Below, piece by piece: positions 35,269-48,350 of a stretch of DNA of 64,000 bases; positions within the stretch are counted from its first letter, which is position 1, and every line of letters begins with the position of its first letter. The notes under the pieces were generated by a model. That model worked only from the letters and a program-made list of their open reading frames with translations. It had not been told where the DNA came from and ran no database searches. Source of the DNA: Zancudomyces culisetae HAW-14-8. Its lineage: Eukaryota > Fungi > Kickxellomycota. Position numbers and translations under genes: made by a program. Location: contig JBNJNM010000006.1 in the NCBI GenBank assembly GCA_052426225.1, positions 1,364,001-1,428,000 of the forward strand, read 5' to 3'.

Positions 35269-38200
35269 TGTCGTATAATAAAAAAATTTTATTTATACCT
35301 AATGTAAAAACAATATAATTTGTAACTCTAAGTAAGTATTATCCTTGATAACTAATACCACTTAAAGATTAACTTGTACTGATATATTGAGTGATTAGAA
35401 TCTAATATTTATTAATGTGAACCACAAAATCTGATAGATAAAACTCTCACAAAAACTCTACCAAACCTTAAATAAAAACTAATTACGATTAAAGGGATTC
35501 AATTTTCATTGTTTTTCCTTTACGTAATTTTAGCCAATAAAACCTATCTAAAATAACTTTATAAAATTGAACTAAAAAATATACTAAAATAAACAAAACT
35601 AAACTAAAACATAGTACTATTGTACTATACGACAGCACTCCCCCTTTAGGCGATAATGCCCTCATTATTTTGAGCCTGTTTAAAGGTAAGTAACTTAGGT
35701 CGAAGTCGATTTGAAATTTCGGGAATCATAAATTTAGATTCATGGTACTTCTTTAGCAAGTCTCCGTTGACTAAATCTCTATTTCCGAACTGATCTGAGA
35801 TTAAGTAAGCCCCCTTAGTAAACCTTTTCATAACTGTATATGGGCCTTCCCATAAACTTTCAAGCTTTCCTCTTTCATACTCTACTAACTTTAACACTTT
35901 TTCTCCAACTTGAAATTTTGTAAATTTAACGGTTTTATTATATCTTACTTTTTCAGATTCTTTTGCTGCTACAGCTTTGCGAACCCCGATTTTTCTTATT
36001 TGCGGTAAGTTACTCTTCATTAGCTCCAATCTACTTTTAACTTGTTCAACTTCATCTTCAATTACACCATTAGATTTCCAAGTCGAGGGAATGCACATTT
36101 CGGTTCCGTACATCATCTCGGCGGGTGTATAACCAGTACTCTTGCTCTCCATAGTTCTCATGATGAGTAACACCTTCCACAGGTAACGATCCCAATTATT
36201 TTTGTCTTTCCTACATATCTTCTGTAACAAATTTACTAACGTCTTGTTCAATCTTTCACACTGTCCGTTGCTCTGCGGACGGTATGAAGTGGTAGGACTG
36301 TGGTCCAGCTGTAACCAGTTGAATACCTCGGTAGTAACGTTGCTGACAAAGCTCGAACCCCTATCTGTTATTATCTTCTGTGGTACACCGTAGTAAGTAA
36401 CGATATTGTTTATTATAAAGTCTACTATAGTTTCACTTAACAAGTTGTCTACGGGAATGGCTATCGGCCATTTCGTGCAATAATCTATAGCTGTTAGAAT
36501 ATAACGATTTCCTGACTCTGAAATAGGATTGATAGGACCGATAGCGTCCATACCGAATATTTCGAACGGCTTGACTGCATGCACTGGTACCAACGGGTGT
36601 TTACGACTTCTTCCATCCTTGAAAACTTGACAAACATGACACCGCTTAACATAGTCCACTACCTGCTTGTACAATCCTTTAGCATAATGATTTCTGCTTA
36701 CTCTTACCCAAGTGTTTTCGATACCCTCGTGTGTATCGTCGTGAACCTTCTTGATCATATCTATACTCTCTTCAGCCGTCAAAACTTCTTTTAATTGTCC
36801 CTTAACCCACCTGTATATTTTGCCATCCACCTGCTTGTATGACTTAGATTTTTTCTTTATTTTTTCAGCTAACTCTTCTGAAACGTCTTGTGGCAGTGTT
36901 CCATCTAATAAAAATTGCCTAACTAAATTTTCTTCGTTTACCCAAATGTTGTAGACTTCAATTGATTCTTCCTCAGTTGTTTCTATCAGACTACTTCGAG
37001 ATAAATGGTCAGCAGGATTGACCTTCCCTGGTATATGCTCTATATCGAATTCGTAACTTCTAAGAAACATAGCCCATCTAGCTAGCCTTCCACTTAATTC
37101 TTCGCCGTTAAACATATTTAATAATGCTTTATGATCGGTTTTTATTACAAACTTCCTACCATATAAATAAAACTTAAACTTTTTAACGGCCCAGACAACC
37201 GCCAACCCCTCCAAGTGACTGATCGAATAATTTTTCTCTGCATTACTGGTTGTTCTACTTGCATACTCCACTGGTCTTTCTTTTCCTTCAATAACTTGTG
37301 ATAGTATTGCTCCAACTCCACTAACTGCAGCGTCCGTCGTAACCACAAAAGAATAATCCCAATTTGGGTGCGCAAGCACTGGGGCTTCCGTCATCGCTTT
37401 TTTCAACTCTAAAAATGCTTCTTCTTGAGATTTTCCCCAGTTCCACTTTATTCCTTTCTTTAATAACGCAGTTGGTGGGTTAGCTATTATAGCATATTTT
37501 TCAATAAACTTACGATAATAACCTGTCATCCCCAAAAATGACTGAACTTCTTTTATGCATGTCGGTGACTTTAACTTTGAAATGGCTTCAATTTTTGTTG
37601 AACTAGTTGCAATACCTTCACCCGAAATAACATGACCCAAATAATCAATTTCTGTTAACCCTATATTGCATTTATCTTTATGCAACTGTATCTGGCCTTG
37701 TTTTAATAATTCTAAAACTTCCTTAAGATCTTCTACATGACTGCTTGCACTTTTTGAAAAGACGATTATGTCGTCAACAAAAACAACTGCCTTCTTCCAT
37801 AGAACTTTTTTCAACACAGTTTCCATTGTTCTTTGGAAAGTGGAAGGGCTATTTGTCAAACCGAAAGGCATGACGTTATAGTGGTAACTCCCCCCTCCCG
37901 GCAACGCGAATGACGTCTTTTCTCGGTCTTCTTCTGACATTTTTATTTGCCAAAAGCCGCTGAGTGCATCTAAAGTAGTAAAGATGCACGCACCAGCCAA
38001 GGCCATAAACAAATCCTGAATAATCGGTAGTGGGTATGAATCTTTGACTGTAACTGCGTTTAACTTCCTATAATCTGCGCAGATGCGCAGTTTACCGTTT
38101 TTCTTCTGGACAACCACCACCGGCGAGCACCACTCGGAGTTACTAGGTGCAATTACATTTTGCTCTAACATCCTATCTATTTCTTTTCCTACTTCTTCTT

Positions 38201-40349
38201 GTAGACGAAACGGTATCCTGTACGGTCTTTGCTTAATTGGCCTGTTATCCGTGAGTACTATCCTGTGCTCGGCTACATTTGTTTGCTTTAACTTGTCGAT
38301 ATCATCTACAAATAATTCGTTATAGTCCTGGATCAAGGCCTCTAAACCTGCTACACCATCACCTTGGATTCCTGTTGGTGATTCCGTGAAAAAATATAAA
38401 TCCCAGGTTTCCTCTACAGTATGTGCTTCTTTGGTAGTAACTAGTGGTGTTACCACTTCTGCTCTATCCACAGGTAATCTTAGTTCTGGCACTGCTAGAT
38501 TTAGACTGGCTTTATGTTTTAAAAGCCAATCCATACCTAATATTATTGTTGGTGACATATTTCCCAACACCACCAATGATGCTACGAACTCAATTTTACT
38601 AATCATAATTGGTACACCTGACACCACACCTAGAGTTTCATGACGTTTCCCGTCCGCTGTTATAATAACGTGCGAACTCTTCATGTTAGGCTCCAAACCA
38701 ATCTTGTTCAAAGCACCTGTAGTAATCACAGAGCATGCCGCCCCTGTGTCTACCACCGCTTTCCACTGTAACTGGTAAATCTCAACCGTCATACTACAGT
38801 TTGTAGTAGCTTTTTCCTGGATTCTTATCTCGTTTAGGGCGGTCTGCGGTGAAACTTCAACTATGTTTTTCCAATCCTGTGCAATTTTTTCCGAATTTTG
38901 AAGTAATTGAATCATGCTAATTTTTGGATAGACTTTCTCCAACTCTTCCCTCAAATTGAACTTTTTCACTCTATCAATCGTTCCTGACTCCGGTTGGGTG
39001 ACTCTCTCCGCCCGAAGCTCCTGTGCGTCCATGTCTCCCGTATTTCTAATCTTAGCTGGTCTTCCAACTCGACCAGCCGCATCCGTTGCTTTTCTTTTTT
39101 CTACCATAAGTACTTCGTCTACTTCAGTAGGTTCAGTACCTATGGATAAAAAATTGACTTTCTTTTCCTCGTGCTCCTTTTGAAACCGTGGACATTCAAA
39201 CTTCCGGTGACCTTTCTCATGACAATAATAACACTCCCATGTGCTTGCACGTTCCACCTTTGCTTGACTTCCCCACTTTTTAGTTGAAGCAACCGTTTGA
39301 TCTAACTTTTCCAAGAGGCTGACACTAAGCTCTTGAAAGGTTTTGAGAAACTCTCCAAACTGCCCAGCTTCCGTAGTCAATTCTTTTACCGACTTGCCTG
39401 ACCGGGTAGCAGCGTTCTTAGTAGTTGGCTTACTACTCTTAATTGCTGCCTGTATATCCCTCCTACAATTTGTACTTTGTTCCAACTTAGCCACTAACTT
39501 AAGTACCGCTTCTCTATCTAAACCTTCCTTATCTGAAAGTCTTTCCCTAATATCATCTGAGAACGTACTAACCAGTGAACCAAGTTTAGTCACCTCTTCC
39601 TTGATTCCTACTTGTTTCCATAACTTTTCCAATTCCATTTCTAGCTCCTCCAGACTTTCAAACTCTGCTCGTTTGATTGTTCCAAGTCTGGTCCATGCTC
39701 CACTAGTAGAAAACACTGTACTATATTTCTTTTTGAACTCCTTAGTATATATTTCCCACGACGTGAAACTATTCTTGTTCCTCTTATACCAGATTGTTTC
39801 AGACTTGCCTAGCCACAACTTAACTAACCCGACCCAATCCTCAGGGTCCCACTTGTTAATCTTCGCAATTAGTTGAAAGTCCTCAAGCCAGTCCTCGGCG
39901 TTTATTCCTTTCCCACTTTCGAATATAGTGACTTTGTCCATGATTCAATTAGTATCGATGTAGATTCCGACAGAAGGCACCACTGTCGTATAATAAAGAA
40001 ATTTTATTTATACCTAATGTAAAAACAATATAATTTGTAACTCTAAGTAAGTATTATCCTTGATAACTAATACCACTTAAAGATTAACTTGTACTGATAT
40101 ATTGAGTGATTAGAATCTAATATTTATTAATGTGAACCACAAAATCTGATAGATAAAACTCTCACAAAAACTCTACCAAACCTTAAATAAAAACTAATTA
40201 CGATTAAAGGGATTCAATTTTCATTGTTTTTCCTTTACGTAATTTTAGCCAATAAAACCTATCTAAAATAACTTTATAAAATTGAACTAAAAAATATACT
40301 AAAATAAACAAAACTAAACTAAAACATAGTACTATTGTACTATACGACA
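35269..40349 (-). mobile_element. Intact Ty3/gypsy LTR retrotransposon (second family)
   Basis: 366-bp LTRs 35269-35634 and 39984-40349, ATTG TSD, PBS TGGTGCCTTCTGTCGGAATC (tRNA-Thr), PPT next to 35634. Confidence 0.96.
35646..39941 (-). CDS. Gag-Pol polyprotein (CCHC, PR, RT, RNase H, IN), single ORF
   Basis: CYYCHEKGHRKFEC, VDTGA, FVDD, TDAA, integrase core, WEGPY. Confidence 0.95.
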   Translation of the reverse strand: MDKVTIFESGKGINAEDWLEDFQLIAKINKWDPEDWVGLVKLWLGKSETIWYKRNKNSFTSWEIYTKEFKKKYSTVFSTSGAWTRLGTIKRAEFESLEELEMELEKLWKQVGIKEEVTKLGSLVSTFSDDIRERLSDKEGLDREAVLKLVAKLEQSTNCRRDIQAAIKSSKPTTKNAATRSGKSVKELTTEAGQFGEFLKTFQELSVSLLEKLDQTVASTKKWGSQAKVERASTWECYYCHEKGHRKFECPRFQKEHEEKKVNFLSIGTEPTEVDEVLMVEKRKATDAAGRVGRPAKIRNTGDMDAQELRAERVTQPESGTIDRVKKFNLREELEKVYPKISMIQLLQNSEKIAQDWKNIVEVSPQTALNEIRIQEKATTNCSMTVEIYQLQWKAVVDTGAACSVITTGALNKIGLEPNMKSSHVIITADGKRHETLGVVSGVPIMISKIEFVASLVVLGNMSPTIILGMDWLLKHKASLNLAVPELRLPVDRAEVVTPLVTTKEAHTVEETWDLYFFTESPTGIQGDGVAGLEALIQDYNELFVDDIDKLKQTNVAEHRIVLTDNRPIKQRPYRIPFRLQEEVGKEIDRMLEQNVIAPSNSEWCSPVVVVQKKNGKLRICADYRKLNAVTVKDSYPLPIIQDLFMALAGACIFTTLDALSGFWQIKMSEEDREKTSFALPGGGSYHYNVMPFGLTNSPSTFQRTMETVLKKVLWKKAVVFVDDIIVFSKSASSHVEDLKEVLELLKQGQIQLHKDKCNIGLTEIDYLGHVISGEGIATSSTKIEAISKLKSPTCIKEVQSFLGMTGYYRKFIEKYAIIANPPTALLKKGIKWNWGKSQEEAFLELKKAMTEAPVLAHPNWDYSFVVTTDAAVSGVGAILSQVIEGKERPVEYASRTTSNAEKNYSISHLEGLAVVWAVKKFKFYLYGRKFVIKTDHKALLNMFNGEELSGRLARWAMFLRSYEFDIEHIPGKVNPADHLSRSSLIETTEEESIEVYNIWVNEENLVRQFLLDGTLPQDVSEELAEKIKKKSKSYKQVDGKIYRWVKGQLKEVLTAEESIDMIKKVHDDTHEGIENTWVRVSRNHYAKGLYKQVVDYVKRCHVCQVFKDGRSRKHPLVPVHAVKPFEIFGMDAIGPINPISESGNRYILTAIDYCTKWPIAIPVDNLLSETIVDFIINNIVTYYGVPQKIITDRGSSFVSNVTTEVFNWLQLDHSPTTSYRPQSNGQCERLNKTLVNLLQKICRKDKNNWDRYLWKVLLIMRTMESKSTGYTPAEMMYGTEMCIPSTWKSNGVIEDEVEQVKSRLELMKSNLPQIRKIGVRKAVAAKESEKVRYNKTVKFTKFQVGEKVLKLVEYERGKLESLWEGPYTVMKRFTKGAYLISDQFGNRDLVNGDLLKKYHESKFMIPEISNRLRPKLLTFKQAQNNEGIIA

Positions 40350-40351
40350 AT

Positions 40352-41339
40352 TGTTGTGTGTTGCCATGTTTAAGCTCCCATTTAGTGTTTTTTACACCAA
40401 ATAACACACGGGACGGGTCATTTTACTTACCTTTTACTATATGCTGCGAATTATTATACAGTACTTTGGATTTTGCAAAAGAGGACATTTATTTAGTTAA
40501 ACAAAAATTTCAATTTTATACAATAAAATCTACAAAAAATCTAACTAAAAATTACAAAACACAATTAACCAATGGAAATGTTTCACCTATTGTAGGCATA
40601 CAACACCTCCCCCCCTCAGCTTAAGTACAGGATTCCACCCGCTTTAAGCTTTACAATGTCTACGGACTAACAGTATCAGAGTTATATGTCCGATTTATGA
40701 CTACAATGCAGATTCAACTTAGTTGAAACACTGCCAAAAAATATTGAACATTTGGTTCAATTCTAACAAGGACCGAAAATTTCTGATTCGAATCCTTAAT
40801 ATATGCAAAAAAAATCATTAGTTTTTTCTTCGAAAAACTGCATATACCTACCGATTATCTTGGTTCAAATTCGTTTCTGGAGTCGTATGTGGCATTACCG
40901 ATGCTCTAAACTGCTTCACGCTAGGATCTCTGTCCATTGTGGCGTTCTTCGCTCCCGTTTATATTGTCGAACCTGTGAATCCTACGAATTATTTTTTGAA
41001 TCCAAAAAATAATCTTCTAAAAATCGAGCTCCTAGCTCGGTCAAAGGACCCTTCTCAACGGAGTGGGTCCTGGCTGGATCACCACTGTTGTGTGTTGCCA
41101 TGTTTAACGTCCCATTTAGTGTTTTTTACACCAAATAACACACGGGACGGGTCATTTTACTTACCTTTTACTATATGCTGCGAATTATTATACAGTACTT
41201 TGGATTTTGCAAAAGAGGACATTTATTTAGTTAAACAAAAGTTTCAATTTTATACAATAAAATCTACAAAAAATCTAACTAAAAATTACAAAACACAATT
41301 AACCAATGGAAATGTTTCACCTATTGTAGGCATACAACA
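40352..41339 (-). mobile_element. TRIM, copy 2
   Basis: LTRs 40352-40605 and 41086-41339; slightly diverged from copy 1. Confidence 0.9.
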
Positions 41340-43499
41340 ATATTTTGTTAAGTTTTGAACTTAGTTGTTTACTTTGTCTTATTATTTGATATAATTCTAT
41401 ACTATAATATTTAATTACTATAAACTGTATATACTATATTCTTATTTTTTTGAGTTCAAAAGTTACTTTATTTGTGTTTTTCGGCAATGCCTTTTATCTC
41501 AGCTCATTTCGATAATAAAAATATTATAATAAATTGACTAAGTTATAAATGATGGACAAAAACCACGAGGGGAAAAAGGTCCAATCTAATAATACTGCTA
41601 ATCCTATAAAACCAATAATTAAAAACTATGTAAAATTTGTTCACGTCATATGATTATATGACAATTTGTTGTATAATTACATGTTTAACGTCCTACTGAG
41701 TAATATAATTACCCAGTATTATACAGGACGGGACTTTTATTTTATATATTAGGACCTTAATTATTGTGGGAGAAAAAGACCATTTATTAATTAATTCAAA
41801 ACTAGACTATTTAATGCATAAAATAATGCTATTTAAATTAACCAATAAAATACAAGGAAATACATGTATATAATTCCACTATATAACATATTGTCGTATA
41901 AATGAATTTATTTATACTTTATTTGTTTAATATATATATATAATTGTTCAATAACTAGTATTATCGTTATATTTTAAATACTATATAGTCGTTGAATCGC
42001 GTAATCAATATATACGTTGAATTTCCAAAACCTATTTTTATTGTTATATCTCGAATCTGATATCTCTCTCTTTTCTCCTTCCTCTAAAATAAATACTAAA
42101 TATATTTTGAATCGAAACCGAAATAATTTCACTTATTTACGGTTACGTAATTAAACCAATAAAATTCCTAAAAAATATTATTTCAATTAACCAATAAAAC
42201 TAAGTATTAAAATAACTAAAAATGTTTGAATAAAGTCGTATTTGGCACTATACGACAATATTATTATATTTTTATTTTAACTTAAACTTTTATTAACTTA
42301 AAATATACTTGAACTTTATCCTATTCTCTTACTATACCAAATATCCGTTAATATTGTTATTATTAACTATTGAATATTAGTATACTGAATAAAAGAACTT
42401 ATTACTACTATTTATTTGGATTAAAGATGTGAATTATTTAGTGCTATTTCCCTGCACTTATATACTTTTACTGCTAACTTAAAAAATACTATTAAAACTA
42501 TACAAAGATACATAAACTTTACTACTGAAAGTTAAAGCATAAATTTGTATATACTGTTTAAAACTTGTAATAAAAATCATAATACTAATTAAAAACATAT
42601 GATTACTAAACTAAACTGTTTCAAGGTATGTCTTGGTTTACTATATGACAATATTGTCGTATGAATATATAGATGATAATGTATAGTAGGTTAATCTACT
42701 GTAAATCTCTATTATTCATACTGATTGTCTGATTGTTGCAGATGCTTGCTGATGCTTGCACATCAGTTTTCACCATTGTGGTTTTCCTTTGTGCAGCAAC
42801 AATCAGACAAAGGTTTACTTTATTACTATTAGGATTTTATAGCACTTTATATTACAAACTACTTAAATAGCGACGACAAGGTCTAAGGATACCTTGTTCG
42901 GGATTTTATACTCTTTCTTCTAGCGTTTATTATACCAACGATAACTAAATAAAAGATTCTTAACTACAGTTAACTAGTTATTTTAGGAAGGTCCTGGACC
43001 AATTTTAAACATTAAGTAATAGTGATTACAGCTTCGTCGTACTGTAATACACTCAATATTTTTATACAATATACAATTTTTCATACGACAATATTTTGTT
43101 GTGTAAAAATTTGGTTTACTGGTTCGACACGTATAGCGACACGTTGCCGAACAATTAATGATTGTCGCTGAATCTGATTGTTGAAGGTGCTCGTACAAGC
43201 ATTTTCTCCATTGTGGTTTTTGCTTGTATACAACAATTAGATTCGTATTTACTATTATTATTATATTTACTTTAACATGGTTTATATTTAGTTTTAAACT
43301 CTTATATACAGCGTTAGAGGACACAAGGTACCTCGTCGGATTTTTCTCTTGACATAGCGAATTAGTTCTTTATTTATAAATTAAATAAATAGTAATATAT
43401 CATAAAGTGAACGGTCCTGAACCAAAACATTAGTATATCAGCGTCGTTGCACTGATATATATAAATAAATAATAAAACTTGAAAATTTATGCAACAATT

Positions 43500-44349
43500 T
43501 GTTGTGTAGTAATAATCATAATTCGTGTAACCATGATTATTAAGTTCATCATGTGTCATACCAGTTCGGGTATGACCACTTGATGAAGATGCACCACTAC
43601 CCCGTAGTGTGATGTGCATAATAGGGTGCTCGGGTGAGCTGTTTCCCCTATACAATGTCGGTGAGATACTGCTCACGGACATTGGTTCTGGGCTCCTACG
43701 GATTTGGAGTTGACGGACACTTTCTGTCAACTCCCCAAGAGTCCGAGGGCTTAGAACCCCGGTCTCTTGGTCCATGCTACTAGCCGTGCTCAGGCTGGAG
43801 CTAGTTTCTGAATCCCTCTTGGATTTACTCTTGGTATAAAAGAAATAGTTCATGATGTTTGGTTATTTATTATATGTATATACTTTTAAAGTTTGTTTTA
43901 TTGAGTTTATTAACTATACTATTTAATCCGTAAAGTAGGACATGGATAAAGTTTCCTAATAAACTACTCTATCAATTATATATATGATTAAAACTTAAAT
44001 GCTAACCTAGTTTTTCAATATAATAAATTAACTATACACTATTATTATGCTGTTAAGTATACTAATAGTTTTGTTTCATAATTGCAGCATACGTGCAATT
44101 AAGATTATGTGTGGAAACACATAATCATTAAAATTATTTGATGTTCAGTATGAAAACATATTTCGTACTAGAATCATCATTATTGAATGGACTCAGCATG
44201 TAGAATTTATTTCATGCTGAGTCGAAATTAATTTGAACAAAAATTTAAACGACAATAAAAATTATAAAAATTGGCATTCCGCAATGAGTGTACAACAAAA
44301 TTTCTCGTACACTATTCCAATTTGCATTACAATTCGGCTTATTGCGACA
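43500..44349 (-). mobile_element. Solo LTR related to the gag-PR element, carrying the LTR-encoded ORF start
   Basis: ORF from 43853 encodes SSMDQETGVLSPRTLGELTESVRQLQIRRSPE, nearly the same as the 7798 ORF N-terminus. Confidence 0.85.
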
Positions 44350-46189
44350 GTTGTAATTTTAGATTGCAGAAAATTTCTCAGGAAATTTCCGCAACTAAAC
44401 CTACAAAAAGTTCTGCTAATAGAGGGGGATTGTTACTGGAGAAAGTTATACTTTATTTAACCAGTCAACCCTACCTTTTTAGCTTATATTTTATTTAGTT
44501 TTATGTATTTATTACTTCAATAAATGCGATAAAACTGGGTAAAATTACGCCCAACTCCTAAAATTTGGTGTGCAAAACAATTAATTTTGGTCCAAAAATT
44601 AGACTCTGATACCTTTCTGATACCCTTTGAAAATTGTGTTACGCTTCACTACCTATGTATTTTTTTGGTTTTAGGTAGGTTTTTGCTCAAATCACAAATT
44701 TCAATTTTATAGAGTAAAATCAAGTATTTTAGAGCTAATTTGTATTTTATTTAATGAATAACTTTTAAAAATAAAAAGATAAAACCACCAAACTTGTGGT
44801 GAGGTTACTAGTAATATACTAGTACCTGACTAGCTATTTTATTAGAACTTTATATAATAGAAACTTAAAATAAAACAATTAAAACTGAATATTTCTCCAA
44901 CATTTATGGTAATTTATTACCCAAGAAATCCCAGATTTCTTGCTCGAACACCCGAGATAACGGTAATTATTCGGTGTTTGAGAAGCTGTATGCTGTTTAT
45001 CTAATAGTTTAGCTTGGATAGAACTAAGCATACAACAGTTATTTGTTGTGTTTGCCATGTTTAACGTCCCATTTAGTGTTTTTTACACCAAATAACACAC
45101 GGGACGGGTCATTTTACTTACCTTTTACTATATGCTGCGAATTATTATATAGTACTTTGGATTTTGCAAAAGAGGACATTTATTTAGTTAAACAAAAATT
45201 ATAATTTTATACAATAAAATCTACAAAAAATCTAACTAAAAATTACAAAACACAATTAATAATGGAAATGTTTCACCTATTGTAGGCATACAACAGTGTT
45301 GTTGTATAATTAAATTTTTCTTATATTATTTATTTTTTTCTTATTTATATATGTATAATATGTATCGATAATTATTGTTATAAATTATAAACTTAGTTTA
45401 AACTATTTTAAACTTAATATAAACATCTGGAGTTAATCATAACTATTTATTTACTACTATAAAGCTTGTATGACAGAATGATATTTATTTCCTTATGCAA
45501 TAACTAACCCTTTAAATACTTTTCCTAGTATTATAAATATACTAATAACTAACTATTGAACTAATACTAACTAAATAAACTAATACTGAAACAATTTAAA
45601 TGAGTAATAAACTAATACTCTTAGAAAAAACATCAATGAACCAGTTTCATTGAATACTAAAAAAACTAAAACTGAAAGTATATTATTAATTTAATTATTT
45701 CACTTGATGATAAACATATAATATTAGTTTATCACCAAGGGTTCATGTCACTATATGACAATGTTAATACTTTTGACCCTTTTCTGCTAGAAGTCGTAGT
45801 TATTCGTTATTTAGTTGGTTTAAAATTTAATAGAAAAGTTAATTATCTACTTGTTTTGTTCGAAACTCTAACTAACTATTAAGACTTGTTTATTATTTTG
45901 GTTAATATTATTATTTATTGCTAAAAAGTTGTTTTTCCTCAAAAAATTGTTCTTCCAAACTATAAATAAAATTTATATATAAACTATTGTTTTTTCATCT
46001 ATTTTGTTATCTCAATTTTTTTGTGTTATCAATTATTGTTTTGTAATTTCTTGGCTCATTGAAAAAACCCAAATTGTTCGGGAAAAAAGAGTCCAATTTT
46101 CCCACTAATTTTAATAAAGTAATTTATCAGAATTGACTTTGACAATTCGTATTTTTTATAATATATAAATATTATGCAACAATGTTAAC

Positions 46190-46812
46190 TGTCGCAAATG
46201 GGTACAGGGGGTTACACAATCGCTCTGTAACCTTATCCCCATTTGCGCAGAATGGGGTGACACACACCCCTTTGGAGGTGTAGGGGAAAGTCTGATCCCC
46301 GACGGACTCCCTAGGCTGCTACGGATCTGTATCTGACGCACGCTAGTGGTCAGATCTTTCAAGGTCTGGGGGCTTAATACCCCAGCATCCTGATCCATGC
46401 TGCTGCCGGTACTCCTTCCGGAAGATGATGAAGTGGTACTTATTGCCATCTCCTCATCTTCATACCCATTTGAGTAGTACATTTTGTAGTTTTTTTGTAT
46501 TTGTTATTATTATTAACTAGATTTTTATTAAATACGTCCGTATATTAAGACATGGATGACGCTTTCAAATTCATCTATGTCTTTTATTTATATAAACTAA
46601 CTCTTTACATATAATCACTAAACTATCATCCATAAAAAAATAATATTGCTATATTAATGTTTGCGTTGAAACGTTGGTGTATGAATGTGTTGTTAACAAT
46701 CATTCATACATATCTCAACGTTTCTTGAATGAACAATGTAATTGTTCAGCAACGTGTAATCTGATCCAATACACGTTGCTATGCCGTGATACCCGGATCT
46801 AGTATCTCGACA
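46190..46812 (-). mobile_element. Solo LTR (third ORF-bearing family)
   Basis: TGTCG...CGACA, TAAC TSD; encodes SSMDQDAGVLSPQTLKDLTTSVRQIQIR; near-identical copy at 63226-63849. Confidence 0.88.
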
Positions 46813-48350
46813 TAACTAAAATGTTTATATTTAGTACTTAACTATACTATATAAGTAACTTACTGTATGTTTGGTATTTATACTTATTAAAACTTATATC
46901 TATTTTAATATTCTGTTAAACTTGTTTTATTTAAATTTCAAGTGGGCGTTTGCTTTAACCCCAAAAACTTTTCGGTAATTATTATTCAAAACTCTAAGTA
47001 ATAAATCCATGGACAAAGCCACGGGGGGAAAAAAGTCCAATCTAAAAATAAAGATAACTATACTATAATTTAACATCTATAAAATATTGAGATTTGAAAT
47101 CTCAATGCATTAAGAGTTCTAATCGTATTACTATACGTCAATAATGTCGTGTAGTGAAAATGCTTAACCTCCTACTTGGTAACTTTCGCTACCAAGTACA
47201 ACACGGGACGGTTCAATTTCAATAATATATAAATTTATTATACTATTGTTTATCAGAGAAAAAGGACAATTTATTAATTAATTTCATTCAAATATATTTA
47301 TACTATTTCTATAAAATACATCTATTAAACTAACCAATAAAATTGGGACAACTCTTCAGTATAGTTTACTATACGACAAATTGTTGTATAATTACAGTTT
47401 AACGTCCTACTGAGTAAAATAATTACTCAGTATTATTCAGGACGGGACTTTTATTAATACATATTAGGTCTATAATTATTGTGGGAGAAAAAGACAATTT
47501 ATTAATTAATTCAAAACTAGACTATTTAATTCATAAATTAATCTATTTATATTATCCAATAAAATACAAGGAAATACAAGTAAATATTTCTACTATATAA
47601 CAATATTGTCGTGTAGTGAAAATGCTTAAATTCCTACTTGGTAACTTTCGCTACCAAGTACTACACGGGACGGGTCAATTTCAATATATATAATTTTATT
47701 ATACTATTATATCTTTGAAAAAGGAAAATTCATATATTAATATATTAAAATATATTTATATAAATTCTATAAACTACATAAATATAACTTCTAATATATT
47801 TGGGATAGCTATTATTATTGTTTAACATATGTTAAATTTTGTTGTATGAATAATAGAAAGTTTGTGTTAGATACCAATATTATACACAATAATATTGATA
47901 TTAACTAATTAACACACTGTTAATTTATAAAAGTTAATATTAATTACACTAATTTAAACACACAGTAATATATATAATATTAGATAATAATATCTATATT
48001 ATTGTTAAACGAGATTGACAAACTTAATTGTTCATTAAAAGGATTTGCATCTCGTTTTATACAATTAAGTTTGTACTAAAACTTTAATATAATCTATAAC
48101 TATTAAAAAAACTAATATTAATAAACATTAAACCAATATCATTAATATACACAATATTAATGATGATACATTAAATGTTGATCATGTGTATCAATATTAA
48201 TGTTTTAAACTAATTATTTAATAATAATTAAAAAATATAAACTTATAATTAATTAATATTAATGATACACATTTAATATCATTAATATTAATTAATACCA
48301 TATTGAATTTTAATATACAATATTGTTATGATAATTGTGTATTCATAACA

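Larger units (their letters stand above)
41346..48350 (-). repeat. Solo-LTR stack, distal part of array 3 (about 17 units)
   Basis: Units 41346-41663, 41667-41888, 41892-42257, ~42262-42650, 42655-43090, 43097-43496, 43500-44349, 44350-45037, 45044-45295, 45300-45760, 45762-46181, 46183-47140 (with 46190-46812 nested, TAAC TSD), 47145-47378, 47382-47602, 47607-~47830, 47840-48350. Spacers mostly ATAT/ATT/ATATTT. Confidence 0.85.

Noticed and set aside
34281-35278. Short plus-strand ORFs in the TRIMs (also 40358-41358)
   Set aside because: Antisense to element orientation, several with non-ATG starts, no motifs; they recur only because the DNA is repeated.
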